Below are positions 50,909 to 64,000 of a stretch of 64,000 bases of DNA, one piece after another. The DNA is from Lama glama. Its lineage: Eukaryota. The notes beneath the pieces were generated by a model. The model was not told the DNA's origin. It did no database searches and was given only the letters and a program-made list of their open reading frames with translations. The stretch's first letter is position 1, and the number at the start of each line of letters is the position of its first letter. Both the position numbers and the translations under genes were made by a program. The stretch spans positions 4,714,001-4,778,000 of the forward strand of contig CM052817.1 of NCBI GenBank assembly GCA_028534125.1. Direction: 5' to 3'.

Positions 50909-51424
50909 CTGACTGGTTTAAGCTTCTCCCCTGGGCCCCCCACACCCCAATCCCCTTCCACTGTCATTCCCAGCCTCGCATCCATCCACCACGGATTCCG
51001 GCACGGGGTCCTTAGGACTTTAAGACATCACACTGTGCGGGATCCTTTCCCTCCCAGCAGCTTCAGAAAGAACCTCATTACAACCCTCCCAAGGACACCA
51101 GAATAGCATTAAACCACATCCCTATCCCTTATCCTTAAGCTCCTGGAATCCCGTCTAGAAGAATGACACCCGCTCCCCAGACTCAGCAGAAGCAGCTCTG
51201 CCCCCCACACTTGCCCAGGTGGCCTTCTCCACGTCCCCCGCAGCTGCCCCAGTCCCTGCGTCGGAAGCTCCGGAAACAACACATGCCGGACTTGCGCATT
51301 TCCCGGAGCCTCCTGCCGGCGTGGTGGAGACGGCACAGACAGTGTTTTGACAAAAGAGAAGGGGGTGTTGTTGCTGCTGGCCACTGCCATTTTGGGGGGC
51401 ACTCATCGCATTTATCAACAAATA

Positions 51425-52040
51425 TGTTAGTGACAGATGGAGAGACAATTCTTTGAAATACCTCCAGCTAATGAGGGCTCTGAAATGAAGTCTGTTCATA
51501 GAAACTTTGAGGGAGAGTAAGACCAACAGATTAGGAGACAGTTGCCTTGGAGAAGAGAGTTACTCACAGATCCCAAGAGGAGAGGGCACATCACGCTGTG
51601 TGGGGGCCACCCAGGGAAGCACAGGGGTTGGTCATGAGACAGAGGGAGAGGGAGAAGACTGGGGCAAGAACTTTCTGGTGGTTTTTGTGAGAAGGAGCAG
51701 GCGGGGTAGGGCAAGCAGGCTTAGGACTGGCTGGTCTGAATAACTTCAGGGGTTCTGGGCACAGGAACTGTCCCTGGGTGTCTGGTGCCTGGCACTGGGG
51801 GTGATTAGGGCAGGTGGATAGTGGCCTGAAGTGTGCAGAAGTCAAGGATCAGAATATAGAAAGTAGAAGACATGTTGAATATAACGAGAAAACAAATTCG
51901 TTCTGCTGGCCTGGCCGTGGGTCACCTGATCCAGGTCAAGTTTATGATCCCCAGGCATCCATCCCAAGGCCACGAGAAAAGAGTGAGTTCTATACTTCAC
52001 AGCGAGCTGTGAAATAGTCAAGAACGTGTGGGGTCCTCAC
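51425..52040 (-). mobile_element. ERVL LTR (MER73/MER74-like)
   Basis: gttactcacagatcccaagaggag...gcaagcaggcttaggactggctggtctgaataacttcag...ggggtgattagggcaggtggatagtggcc. Confidence 0.65.
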
Positions 52041-52550
52041 GGCTTCCTGCCAGGGGAGCATCTCACTTGCCCTCTGGGATGCTCTGCTCCCCAGTGCTGC
52101 GTTGAGCCCACTCAGGCTGCCGGATCCAGGAAGCCCTCCCGCCCTCGCCCTGCCCTGGCCTTGCTGCCCTTCTGCTATTACACGGCCTCACCCCGGCCCA
52201 TCCCAGCACTGACCCCGCTGGGTTGGAGTCACCTGTTTCATTTTCTGTCCCTCCCTCAGCCCTGGCTCCACCTTAGAACCACCTGGCTTTAAAAACTTTA
52301 AAAATCTCCCCCACTGAGTACATTCTCCTGCAGGATGAGTCAAGTGAGCACCTCTGCGGATGACCCCCTGGCTCTGGCACTTTTTCCAGCTCCTGGTGAT
52401 GTGCAGCCGTGGCTGAGAACTGCCACCCTAGACCACGAGGCCCTTGACCACAGGGGCTCTGTGTCCCTCAGTCCCTGGTGCAATGCCTGGACTGTGGCAG
52501 GTCTGCAAAACTGAAGGAATCATTCCTGCACATAGACGAGGACAGAGCTA

Positions 52551-52882
52551 CAGGTGTCCTGCGGTACCTGCAGCGGATTGGTTCCAGGACCCACGCCAAC
52601 ACCAAAATCTCTGGATGCTCAAGTCCTTTATATAAAACAGTGTAGCATTTTCACATAACCAACACACGTCTCGAATACTTGCTTCTAATACCCAACACAA
52701 TGTAAATGCTACGTAACAGCCACAAATACACACGCACATGCCGTGTAAACAGTTGCAGGCATTGGACAAATTCAAGTTCAGCTGTTTGGAACTTTCTGGA
52801 ATGTTTTCTCCCTCTGAATGTTTTCGAGCCGAGGTTGGTTGAATCTGAGAACATGGAACCCCCAGATACAGAAAGCTGACAG
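52551..52882 (+). mobile_element. MER2 (TcMar-Tigger) with TA TSDs
   Basis: ta|caggtgtcctgcggtacc...ggattggttccaggaccc...ggttggttgaatctg...gctgacag|ta. Confidence 0.85.
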
Positions 52883-54409
52883 TACCTGGTCAGTGAACTT
52901 TGAGCCAGGGCCCTCAGTGACACACAGGGCAAAACGCAGGCACTGACCTTCTGTCTCTCTCTCCTCGCTCTCTGTCCATCTTTGGAAAAGCCAGGCCCTC
53001 CTCCAGGCAGGCCCAGGTGACCCCGGAGGCTCCCCGAGGCGCACTGCCTCATAGGTGAAGTGGCTGAATTAGTCCTATTCCTGGTGTTCCTGCCTTAATC
53101 TTGCTTCCGAAAAGCTGCCTGGGGCCTGAAGGGTCTTTGTCTGAAAGTCTCTCTCAGTCACTAGGCAGGGCACTGAGGGCTCTGCCCAGAACCCTGCCCA
53201 CCAGCGCCCTGGATTTGGGGACCGCCCTGCCACGGGTCCTGCAGAGCCCAGCCTGTGCCTTCTCCCCCCTCCACTTCACCTCCTTCTGTGACCTGAGCAG
53301 AGAAGGGACAGGAGAAGCTGAGTAACATAAGCCAGTATAAGCCCCCCCTGAGCACCCTTCATGTCCCAGGGCTGTGACGGCAGAAGACCTTCATCGCCCT
53401 GTCTCAGGCCTTCGCCACCCTGTGAGGTGGTGATACTTCTGTTCTGCAGCTCACCTGAAGACTCACACCTCGGGGGGTCAGCTGAGATCCAGGCCTGGGG
53501 ATCCTGACTTTTAGATACACACTGGGGACCTTGATTGGCATCCTCAGCTCTGCCCAGTTTTCCTGGCGCCCTGAGGCCACCCTTTCAGGAGCAGAGATCC
53601 TGAAGTCAGAGATTTCAACCCACTGCCCCAAGCGCTTCGTCTGGCTTCAGCACCTGGCAGGAGATGGGAGCTCAGATGGTCCCAACCAGCACTCCGACTC
53701 TGCCTCCCAGTACCAAGGGGTTTACACAATGAGTAGGACTCCCTGAGACACACTGGTGACACACACAAGTCCTAGGAAGGCTTTGAGCAGAAGCCACGGC
53801 CTCAGCCCGCGGGGCCTGGGGGAGGGAGGTCCAGGGGAGCCACACAGAAGAGGCGGCAGACTCACCCCAAATGACTCAGCAGCACTCAGCTTTCAGAGAG
53901 ATCCCCACCCGCTCACTCCAGCCCCCACTCCCCAAAGCCCTCGGGGCACAAGTCCCTGAAGCAACGCCAGCGACTGTAGTCTTCAAGGCTGCCTGGCGGT
54001 TGTCGGCACAGCTGCCGCTGGCATGGGCGGCAGTGACGGCCTGTCATCGCTGGGCTGCGCTCCTGACTCAGTCCTGACTTGGCTGGGTGCCGCGTTCCGG
54101 GGGCTGACCCAGAGCAGAGGCCCAAGTGTTCTGAACAGGACAGGGTCTGGCCTCTGATTCTCACCAAGTGCCCCAGGAGATCCCAGCAAGACCAGAGTTG
54201 GGGAGCCCCTGACATGAAGCTTCTCCAGGAACCAGCCGTCTCAGCCTCATCCGGGAGCTGCCAGAAAGGTAGAACCCCAGGCCCACCGCCAATCTGCTGA
54301 ATCAGGGAAAGAAGCCGCCAGCCTCCACCTGCCCCTGGCAGCTTGGCAAGCCTGGCTGAGGGACGGCTCAGCAGATTATTGATTACTGATGTCCAGTTTG
54401 CCAAGCATG

Positions 54410-54575
54410 CACTATCTCATTTGATCCCATGACAACCTGGAAGGTGGGTACCATTCCCCTGTTTCACAGAAGATGACATTGAGGCTCAGAGAGGTAAGTG
54501 ACTTTTCTGAAGCCTTGGGTTCACAGGTCAGGGAGCTGGGGGTGGAGACTCAGAGCTTCCCAGCCCTATACTCCA
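54410..54575 (-). mobile_element. MIR SINE
   Basis: cccctgtttcacagaagatgacattgaggctcagagaggtaagtgactt. Confidence 0.75.
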
Positions 54576-54838
54576 TTCCCACTTGTGCCCGCTCGTCCCC
54601 TCACCAGGACGTGAACGGTGTGATGTCTCCAGATGTGACACCTTCAAATACATTAGACTCGACTCACGGCAGCAGAACACAGGCCAGAAATTTACACAGG
54701 TGTTCATTCACCAGGATTGAAATCCAAAAAGGCTCTCTCCTCAACCCAACAATCCAGCTCCCCAGGACCCCCGCTAAATTCCCAGAGCCTCAACCTCCCA
54801 CTGGAAGAACCTCCATAAAGCACTCACAGCAGGCTTAC

Positions 54839-54876
54839 CATGTTCATCCAGCAGTATGTTGTCTGGCTTGATGTCT
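54839..54876 (-). CDS. STK32B: STK32B coding exon (38 nt, probably exon 5): (R)DIKPDNILLDEH(G), kinase catalytic loop
   Basis: Minus strand reads ttttctcttacAG|A GAC ATC AAG CCA GAC AAC ATA CTG CTG GAT GAA CAT G|GTaagc. The phase joins the next exon. Missed by the ORF track. Confidence 0.95.
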
Positions 54877-55127
54877 CTGTAAGAGAAAACAAAGAAGCTG
54901 AAAATGTGAGTCCTGCCACCCATTGAGGAGAACATGACACACACGAGCACTGGGGACAGACGCCTGCCGACGCTCGGCGAGCCAGTCTCTTCCCTGGCGT
55001 GAGGGCCCAGACAGAGAGCAGGAGAGTAGTTCTTACGCTTGTGGAGCCCGAGTTCTTACTTCCTTTGCCTTTCCTTTTCCTGGAACTGCAAGTGGATTGT
55101 GTGAATCTTTTTTTTTTCTGGAATGTT

Positions 55128-55400
55128 CTTTTTTTTTTTAAATCAAAGTATAGTTGATTTACAATATTGTGTTAATTTCAGCTGTAGCGCACAGTGATTC
55201 CGTATTTTTGCGGATTATACTCCTTCCAAGACGATCATAAGATAACAGGCGCACTGCCCTGTGCTGTGTAGTCCGTTTTTGTTGCTTATCTGTCTCCTAT
55301 ACAGTAGTTTGCGCCTGTGAATCCCACACCTCTAACTTGTCCCTCCCCCTTTCCCCCCTTCTTTGGTAACCACACGTTTGTTTTCTACATTGCTGAGTCA
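55128..55400 (-). mobile_element. L1 3' end (cetartiodactyl type)
   Basis: poly-T, then aagtatagttgatttacaatattgtgttaatttcag...tttggtaaccacacgtttgttttctac. Confidence 0.8.
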
Positions 55401-55631
55401 TTCATTTGTAGAATATTTATTATCTGGTCCCTTAGAAGTTTGCTGATCCCTTCTTAGGGTAACACAGTGAGCCACAGGCAGCAAAATGTGGGCTGGGAGT
55501 GTCTGGAAAGTTCTACTCTATGTCACCATTATAGCAAAAGGCTCCCAACTCCAAGGTGTGCTTTTTAAAGGCAGGGGCTTTCCTTTCCTCGCCTCTGCAT
55601 CCCCAGCACGGTGCCCATCATAGCAAACACC

Positions 55632-56093
55632 ATCAAAGAAAAACCAGGGCTGGACAGTACTTAAAGCGGTTAAAAACAGATTTTATTCAATTGCAGTCAC
55701 CAAAGGCAAAGAGACCTGAGTACAGAATCAGGCTCTATTCTGAACACAATGTGGACAAGTGGGGTTTTATAGCCAAAGGGCAGGTAGGGATCAGTGGACA
55801 GAAAGTTACTAGGAGGAGACGTCAGAGGCGAGGGGGGTTTTAGCTGAACCAGCCTAGCAGGATTCTTGCTGGAGGCTGTCCAGGGTGATCAAACCATCCA
55901 GGGATGAACAACCTGATCAAAGGGTGATCGGGTCTGGAGGATGGGGGGTTCTGGCTAAACTGACTTCGAAGGGGCTTGCTAAGATTAGACAATGAAGAGA
56001 CTGACACTTTTGAAAGACCAAAAGATGAGGTCTAGTTTCAAAAGAACTCAGAAGAACCTGAGTAGAGTTTGGTGGAGAGGAGAATCTTTGTCC
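55632..56093 (-). mobile_element. MER31-like ERV1 LTR
   Basis: tcaaagaaaaaccagggctggacagtacttaaagcggttaaaaacagattttattc...caggattcttgctg...gagtttggtggagaggagaatctttgtc. Confidence 0.7.
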
Positions 56094-56277
56094 ACACACA
56101 GGAAACACGGAAGAGAGAGGAACAGAAGAATGAATGTGAAAGAGGTACAGCTGTGAAGAAACTCAATTCACATCTTCAGCCCTGATTTATGCCTCATTAA
56201 CATGCACACACTTCCCAAAGCTTCATATTAAGATCATGGATTTTACTTATGTATGTACATACATTTTCAATGATGTT

Positions 56278-56585
56278 TGTATTTATTTATTTTTAATTGA
56301 AGTGTACTCGATTTACAATGTTGCATTAGTTTCTGGTGTACAGCATAGTGATTCAGCTATACATATATGTATATGTATATATTCATTTTCCTATTCTTTG
56401 TCATTATAGGTCTTTACAAGGTATTGAATGTAGCTCCCTGTGCTGTATGGTAGGACCTTGTGGTTGATCTACTTTGTATATAGTAGTTAGTACCTGCAAA
56501 CTCGAACCCCCAATTTATCCCCCCGCAACTCTTCCCTCCCCTGCCCCGTACCATAAGTTTGCTCGTAAGTTTGTGAATTTGTTTC
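56278..56585 (-). mobile_element. L1 3' end (cetartiodactyl type)
   Basis: ttttaattgaagtgtactcgatttacaatgttgcattagtttctggtgtacagcatagtgattcag. Confidence 0.85.
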
Positions 56586-57601
56586 TAAAACCATGGATTT
56601 TAAAACTGCAAGCCCCGCACTCATTTGCAGGAAATGCCAAATCGTTTGAGGCTGATGACAGCTTTCTTTGACATAAAAAGCGCTTGCTCCTGAGTTTATC
56701 ACATAGCAATTCTACCTGAACACATTACGGTTCTTTGTAGCAACATGAGGCAACGTCTCTGGCTTTGAGGATGAAAACAACACTCAAGTCATATATTTAA
56801 ATGTTCATTTTCACTGTGACTTTTCAAGCCCATGAATATTGACGAGCATTAAGCAAACGGACCCCCGCTGCCAAGTTCACAAACATCCACGGTGAACAGA
56901 GATTGACTGTTAGCGAGCCCCCTGGGGAGGATGAACTTGAGAGCTGACACAATCAAAACAAGAGGAAGAAGTCCCGGAGTCGAGTGTTTGTGGGTCAGAT
57001 CAGCAGACACTTGGCCCCCATCCAGGGCCTCTCCCAGGAGGGTTTCTCCAGAAAAAGTGAAAAAAGGGAAATGAAAACTTGTCAAGGATGAAAGCACAGC
57101 AGCCAGTGCTAAAGCACACCCTTTCTTCCGGGTGTCACCAGGACTGGGATGACCTTGCCTGGGGCATGGGGATTCTGGAGCAGGTGGCTGTGGACCAGGA
57201 ACAGGAGCCCAAAATGACTGCAAGGGCCTTGGCCTGAGCTGCCACTTCCCCTGATGCTGAAAGTGCCCTGCCTCGGGTTTTCTCTGACCCCTGCCTTTTC
57301 CCTCTGGGACGTTACTCAAATGCTTCCTCCTGGCAGGTCTGGGCAGAGAGCTGGGGTTGCAGATGCCCGGGACATAGTCCCTCCCCTCCTGAAGCTCAGA
57401 ATCAGTGGAAGACAGAGACACAGGTAGGGTGGCGCAGATGCCACAGGGCAGGGGACAGTTGGCTGTGGCATCTGGGGAAGACGGAACAAGAGTAGCTGGG
57501 GAGTGGACAGCTGGCCGGAGACTGCAGGGACCAGAGGGGAGCAAGCTGTCGGAGCCAATAAAAGGTGGAGTGGTGGTGGCAGACCTAAGGAGAGGTGGCC
57601 T

Positions 57602-58065
57602 TGTGTAGTGGAGGGAAGAGTGTCATCTCCCCCCTCCCCCAAATTCATGTCTACTCAGGACTTCAGAATGTGACTTATTCGGAAACAGGGTCTTTGCAGA
57701 TGGAATTAGTTAAGGATCTCAAGAGGAAGGCATCCTGGGTTTGGGAGGGTCCTAAATCCAACACCTGCTGTCTCTGTGAGAGAAGGGAGATGGAGGTTTG
57801 GACACAGACACGAAGGAGAGAAGAGGCCACGTCATGACAGAGGCAGAGACTGCAGGGATGCGGCCACAAGCCACAGAGAGCCAGGAGCCACCAGAAGCTG
57901 GAAGAGGAAGGAAGGGTTCTCCCCCCAGAGCCTCTGGAGGAGCCTGGCCTTGCTGGCATCTTAACTTCAGTCCTCCGGCCAGAACTGTGACATAACAAAT
58001 TTGTGTTGTCTGAAGCCACCAATTTTGTGATAATTTGCTACAACAGCCCCAGGAAGCTCACGCAC
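57602..58065 (+). mobile_element. MLT1C-like solo LTR
   Basis: cccccaaattcatgtctactcaggacttcagaatgtgacttattcggaaacagggtctttgcagatg...ccaccagaagctggaagagg. Confidence 0.85.
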
Positions 58066-58789
58066 CTGGCGGAGCAGAAGGAGAGCTAGTGGAGGAGGGG
58101 GTAAGTGTCAAGGGGCAGCCAAGGTCCCCCACTGACCACGGTGTGATCTCGAACAGTCCTGTGGTCCATCCGAGCTTGTGTCGCCATCCGAAAGGTCTCC
58201 CCCAAACCCGTTCATGGTGTCTCATGTCACGAGGACCAAACAGGGCATGGATAAGAGTGGCTTGGTAAACCAGACCCCCAGCTGCAAGGAAAGAGGCTGT
58301 CTTGCCCCGGCAAGTGCACTCAAACAGACTGTCTGAGTTCCCATCCCGACCCCTCCCCTGCCACCAGGGCTCCCCTCTCTGTGCCCTGGCTTCCTTTGTG
58401 GTGAGGACTAAACATCTGACCCACGCCTCTGGGTCAGCTCTGAGCACAGCGGGGAGTCGACGATCCTTAGGCATTTGGGTGGCGACCCCTCCACAGTCAC
58501 CAGGGCCACGCAGTGAACAAGGCAGACCCCGCCAGATGGAGCTTGTTTCTAGGAGGGGACACAGGCCAGAAAGCACACGAATTCATGACCCGATCTCAAG
58601 CAGGGACAAGAGCTCTGAAGAGTACGAATCAAGGTCTGAAAGAGACCTGTTTTTGGTAGGTGGCCAGGGAAGGACTTTCAGAAGACATGACGTTAGGCTG
58701 GCATCAGAATGACAAGAAAGAATCTGTCCTAAAAATCCCGGAAGCAAGCTCTCATTTTGTAGAAGAGGCCACAGAAGGCTGGAGGGTGA

Positions 58790-59245
58790 ATGGTTTGACC
58801 TGCGATACACCTCTAGCCGAGGGAACACAACAAAGGTGGCTGGAGTCATTCCCGTGATCACAGCCTATCAGATGCTGTCCCAGGAGGCTGGAGTGAGGGA
58901 GCCTGCCTTGCTGGCTGTCCCATAGGAATGGGCCATGGAGCAGGGATGGGCAGGCGCCTCCAGGAGCTGAGCTCCAGCAAGGAAACAGTGACTTCATCCC
59001 TGCAGTCACAAAGGACTGAATTCTGCCAACAGCCAGGACAGCACTGATCCAACTAGATCCAGAAAGGTCCATAAAGGAATGCAGCCCAGCGAGCACCTGG
59101 GTCACAGCTTTGTGACACCCTGAGCAGAGGAGCCAGCTAAGCTGTGCCCAGACTTCTGACCCATGGAAATGGTGAGGAAGTAAATATGAGTTGTCTTCAG
59201 GTGCTAAGTTAGTGGGAATTCATCATGCAGTGGTAGAAAGCAGCT
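58790..59245 (+). mobile_element. MLT1 (D/E/F-like) LTR fragment
   Basis: tgaattctgccaacagcc...ctttgtgacaccctgagcagaggagccagctaagctgtgcccagacttctgacccatggaaa. Confidence 0.7.
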
Positions 59246-59439
59246 ATGATAGCTACATGATCTTGGGCAACTTACTCTGAGTCTCATTCTCATCTGGAAA
59301 ATGGGAATGATGGTCCCTATCCAGCTGTGGCTGGGAGGATACAAGGAGGCGTTACCATGCAAGGCTCGGCAGGGCTCCTGGTGTGTAAGCAGCACTGAAA
59401 TAAATGATGATGAGGGTTCTATCACTGCTCTCAAAAGAA

Positions 59440-59988
59440 GCAGCACTATTTACAAAAGCCAAGACATGGAAGCAACCTAAATGTTCATCAGCAGATGACC
59501 AGATAAAGAAGATATAGTGTATACTTATAATGGAATACTACTCAGCCACAAAAAGGATGAAATAATGCCATTGGCAGCAACATGGATGGACCTAGAGATG
59601 ATCATACCAAATAAGTCAGACATAGAAAGACAAATACCATGTGATATTACTTATATATGGAATCTAAAAAAAGGAGACGAACATATTTACAAAACAGACA
59701 CAGACTCACAGACATAGAAACCAAACTTATGGTTACCAAAGGGGAAAGAGGTGGGCGAGGGATAAATTGGGAGTTCAGGATTTGCAGATACAAACTACTA
59801 TATATAAAACAGATAAACAACAAAGACCTACTGTACAGCACAGGGAACCATAGTCAATATCTTGTAATGACTTTTAATTGAAAAGAATCTGAAAAAGAAT
59901 AGTTCTATATATATAACTGAATCACTTTGCTGTACACCTGAAACTAACACAACATTGTAAATCAACTAAACTTTAATTTAAAAAAAAG
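59440..59988 (+). mobile_element. L1 3' end (cetartiodactyl type) with A tail
   Basis: gcagcactatttacaaaagccaagacatggaagcaacctaaatg...cattgtaaatcaactaaactttaatttaaaaaaaa. Confidence 0.9.
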
Positions 59989-61048
59989 AGCTAAGGAGGA
60001 GTCGGGGCTTCTTGAGCTTTTAGCAAAGTGAATTAGATCTCTTTCATAGGAGACTCACCAGGCAGACTCCTGCGAAGCCTTACAGAGGAGATGGGGAGCC
60101 TGAGTCATCGGGCTTTAATAAGAATGGCATTTTATGGGCAAGCATCCCGTCGGCGCCTCTGGGTTCGCGGGCCCAGGATCACTCTTTCCGGTTCTACTCT
60201 TTGCATTGGTCGTATCTCCGCTCGAGCACATCATTTTGCCGAAAATGGGTCCATGTGTTCAGAAATGGCACTAGGAGCTTTGTGAGGATGGGCAAGTCTG
60301 TGATGATGTTTTCTGAGGACAGGCCCATAATTTCAGAGCCAGGTAAAATGACACTTTGATGGGAAATGTGCCTGTAAGGCTATAAAATCTGGTTCTGCTT
60401 TTGAATTATTCTTTGGCCCCCAAATAAAACAAAGCATAAAATGTCAGCTGGGGTATTTTAAAAAACAGCCCAGATATGGCGCTGGTCCAGACTGAAAAGC
60501 AGGGCCGTGGGGACATTTCTGCCTGAGTCTCTTTGCAGGGGTTTCTGAGTGTTACACGTCCACAATCTTACGCAGCAATAAAGACAAATAAAAACCTTGT
60601 GAGAAAAGTGCCACATTTGTGAAATGAAAATCTGTGGATATTTTATACCTACAGAGAGAGACACGCTGCTGGCATCACAGAGGTATCAGGAGAAGGTGGA
60701 CAAAGACAGACACAGAGAGGCTGCACTCAGTCCCGAGTCCGCTGCCCTGCGGTCACGGCACACCGCCTGCTGTGAACGCGGTTTCCTCAGCTGTGAAGTG
60801 GGCAACAGCACATGCTCTACATCACTGCGGTGAGGGTTTGTTTCAGTCATCTTTCCTGCTCATTGCTAAAGCACCTGCACCTACATCATAACTATTACAG
60901 GGAATTATCTTTATCACGTCCTGAAGCACAAATTCGATGGTGTCAGTTGTCTGATCCAGAGACATCTACAGCTCCCCACCCCTCATCTGGTAATTGCATG
61001 TATGGCTTTACAGGCAGGACTGGGGAGAGGATTACGAACGGCCAGCTC

Positions 61049-61813
61049 GGAGAGGGTGTGGAGAAAAGGCAACCCTCCTGCACTGCTGGTGGGAATGTAA
61101 ATTGGTGCAGCCACTAAGGAAAACAATATAAAGAGTCCTTAAAAAACTAAAAATAGACCTACCATATGATCCAGCAATCCTACTCTTGGGCATATACCCA
61201 GAGAAAAGTTTAATTTGAAAAGATACACGCACCCCAGTGTTCACAGCAGCACTATTTACAATAGCCAAGACATGGGAGCAACCTAAGTGTCCAACGACAG
61301 ATGACTGGATAAAGAAGATGTGACACATACACACACACACAATGGAATACTACTCAGCCAAAAAAGGAATGAAATCATGCCATTTGCATGGATAGACCTA
61401 GAGATTATCATACTAAGTGAAGTAAGTCAGACAGAGAAAGACAAATATCACATGCTATCACTTACATATGGAATCTTAAAAAAATGGCAAAAATGAACTA
61501 ATTTAGAAAGCAGAAACAGACTCACAGACCTAGAAAACAAACTTAGGTTACCAAAGTGGGAAGGGGTGGGGGAGGGATAAATTAGGAGTTTGGAATTAGC
61601 AGATACAAACTACTATATATAAATTATAACAGGTAAACAGCAAGGTCCTACTGTACAGCACAGGGAACTATATTCAATATCTTGTAGTGGCCTCTAATGA
61701 AAAAGAATATGAAAAATAATACACATATGTGTGCGAAATCACTTTGCTGTACACCAGAAACTAACACAACATTGTAAATCAACTACACTTCAATTATAAA
61801 AAAAAATAAAAAA
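61049..61813 (+). mobile_element. 5'-truncated L1 (cetartiodactyl type) with a 13-bp TSD
   Basis: ggagagggtgtggagaaaaggcaaccctcctgcactgctggtgggaatg...A tail. TSD gaacggccagctc (61036-61048) / gaacgaccagctc (61814-61826). Confidence 0.92.
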
Positions 61814-62669
61814 GAACGACCAGCTCCAAGGCTGGAGAAGGCGGGTAGTGGCTTCTGGAGGAAGGGAGACGGGTTTGGCCAGGTGGGATGATATCCCTTG
61901 CGAGGGGCTGTATTTGATCACGGAGCCCACTTCAGGTGGTTAGACTTAGGAAGCAACACTTGGGATTTTCTCCCAGGCTGGCTGAACACTCAACAGTGCT
62001 GTCTAACTTCAGTGAGGATTTATGAGAGCAGCCAGCACAGTGCCAGGCCCGCAGGACGCTCCTTCTTATGATTAACAGACGGAAGCAAAGGTGGTTTGGT
62101 GCTGAGGCTGAGCTCACAGAACAGGCCCCGGGAGGGAAGGCTGGGACAGTGACTGAGCTCAGGGCTGGACTGCTGGGATTCAGCTTGGCCACGGAGCGCG
62201 TGGCCAGCCCGCACCCACCCAGCAGCAAGCCGATGTGGGACTGGAGGCTGCTGAACTCAGGGCTCGTGTTTTGGAATCTCTCACCTTGTTGGCATGGACT
62301 CTTCTTCCAGGAACTGGGTAACGATTCTGAAACCACACATCATTACTACGGGTTAGACATCACTTCCTTCTCCTGTCTCTTTCCTGCTTTTGATGGAGGA
62401 TGGGGACCACGGACTAATTCCAGCCCCCAATGCAATGCCCCAGGGGCAACAGAAGCAGTGGAACTATTAGCAGCTGCCCTTCCCTGGGTTCCGGCTGGAG
62501 CCAGGCATCACGCGGGCAGGTCGCACGGGCTTCACGAGAAAGGTGGCCGCTCTGGGTCAGGGGTTACTGAACCAGATATGTCACCTCCCTTCATTTTATG
62601 TGTCACCTTTCTCAATTCTGACACAACTCTTAGAGCTTGCTACTCCTATTTTATTGATAAAGAAAGAAC

Positions 62670-62845
62670 TCTTTACTATATAGAAAATAGATTAACAAGT
62701 TTATTCTGTATCGCATAGGGAACTATATTCAGAATCTTGTAGCAACCACTAATGAAAAAGAATATACGTATGTGTATGTATGACTGAAACATTGTGCTGT
62801 ACACCAGAAATCGACACATTATAACTGACTATACATTTTAAAAAG
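62670..62845 (+). mobile_element. Short L1 3' end inserted in a MIR
   Basis: agggaactatattcagaatcttgtagc...tgtgctgtacaccagaaatcgacacattataactgactatac. Confidence 0.8.
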
Positions 62846-63677
62846 CTATTTACAGAAGGTCAAAGGTCACGTGTTAGCAAATGAGACCCGCTCTTGCCTC
62901 TAGATCAACAAACACTCTCTGCCTGGGGGAAAAACTCAAGAAGAAAATGAATTAGAAAAAAAGATCCACCACTTTGGAAAAAAAAAAAAGAAAATGAATT
63001 AGAGTTCCTGGAATCTAAATCAGGCAGTTAATAATTCGAGGAGCATGCTTACAATAAATATCTGATTCGATAAACAAAATTATGCTACTTGTATTTCAGG
63101 GTGTGTTTCTTTATTACAACACCCACATACAAGGTTTCATTTCCTTTAAAATATGATCCAAATGCCTTTCCGAAGCATGAATCCGTCCCTTCTTATGTAA
63201 ATCCCTTAACAGCCCTCTGGTGTCTACAGCGCTGGTGGCCAGACTCCGGGATTCCATATTCTAACATAATCTCAGAAACTGCAAGTGAACACCGAAATGC
63301 AGTTGTCAACTTTTAAATCCATCAACTGAGGGCATCGAGGAGAACTACCAAGTCCTACCACTGAACTTGAGCAAAAGGGTTGGGAAAGAGGCATTTTAGC
63401 CCAGAAGCAGCATGAGGACACAGTTTCAGAAGAAGGCACAGCGGTCACCGGCCCCAGGCACGCTCCTGGACGAATGTTCAGAAAGCACTAATCAAAGGGC
63501 AGAGGCCTTAGGGCCCTTCCTGCTCCCGCCGGCCAGCCTGGCCCCTGCACGCTCTGTGCTCCGGGCACCCCAGCTGTCCCTGGCCCCCGGCTTGCCAGCA
63601 GCATGTCCGCCTCCCTCTGCTAAATCTTCTGATCAGGTTTTGGGACACAGCTCAGTTACAGTCTCCTCCTGAAATAC

Positions 63678-64000
63678 TGTAGTGGGTCGAACAGCGTCTC
63701 CCCAGATTCATCCTACGCAGTACCTGTGAATGTGACGTCCTCTGGAACCAGCATCTTTGCGGGGTAATTAAGAGGAGGTCGTACTCAGGAGCATGAGCCC
63801 TGAATCCAATGACTGGTGTCCTTACAAGAAGAGGGGGAGAGACACAGATCCCCGCAGAGAAGAAGGAGGTGAAGACAAAGCAGAGATCTGAGTGATGTAT
63901 TTGTAAGAAAATGAAAGACTGCCCGGAACCACCAGCATCCTGCAGAGGGCTCTGGGATGGATTCTCTGTGAGAGAGAATGCATCTTCCTGCTTCTGCTGT
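63678..64000 (+). mobile_element. MLT1 solo LTR (runs to the window edge)
   Basis: tgtagtgggtcgaacagcgtctccccagattcat...ccctgaatccaatgactggtgtccttacaagaagagg. Confidence 0.8.

Noticed and set aside
54877..64000. Search for the upstream STK32B exon (YSFQDEEDMF...HIIHR)
   Set aside because: Not found; presumably beyond position 64000.

Overview
Mammalian intron-rich genomic DNA, very probably camelid (three Ala-tRNA-derived vic-1-type SINEs plus cetartiodactyl-type L1 3' ends). The whole window lies inside one gene on the minus strand, the YANK-family Ser/Thr kinase STK32B. Seven consecutive coding exons (38, 90, 104, 117, 126, 132 and 65 nt; 672 nt in total, probably exons 5-11) have canonical AG/GT boundaries and splice in frame. 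They run from the catalytic loop (RDIKPDN) through DFN and APE to the C-terminal FIIFN motif. I did not find the 5' exons or the last exon in the window. The introns are filled with ordinary transposon relics: a ~5 kb decayed L1, L1 3' ends, MaLR/ERV LTRs, MER20/MER2/MER5/MER46/MER63 DNA elements, MIR and L2. Nearly all ORFs in the track are spurious. I found no evidence for a new multi-gene biological system. The most unusual signal is a perfect 40-bp inverted copy of nearby L2 sequence pasted into an ERV LTR, which looks like a templated repair scar. Family names come from recalled consensus sequences, not from a database search, and repeat boundaries are approximate unless target-site duplications (TSDs) are given.
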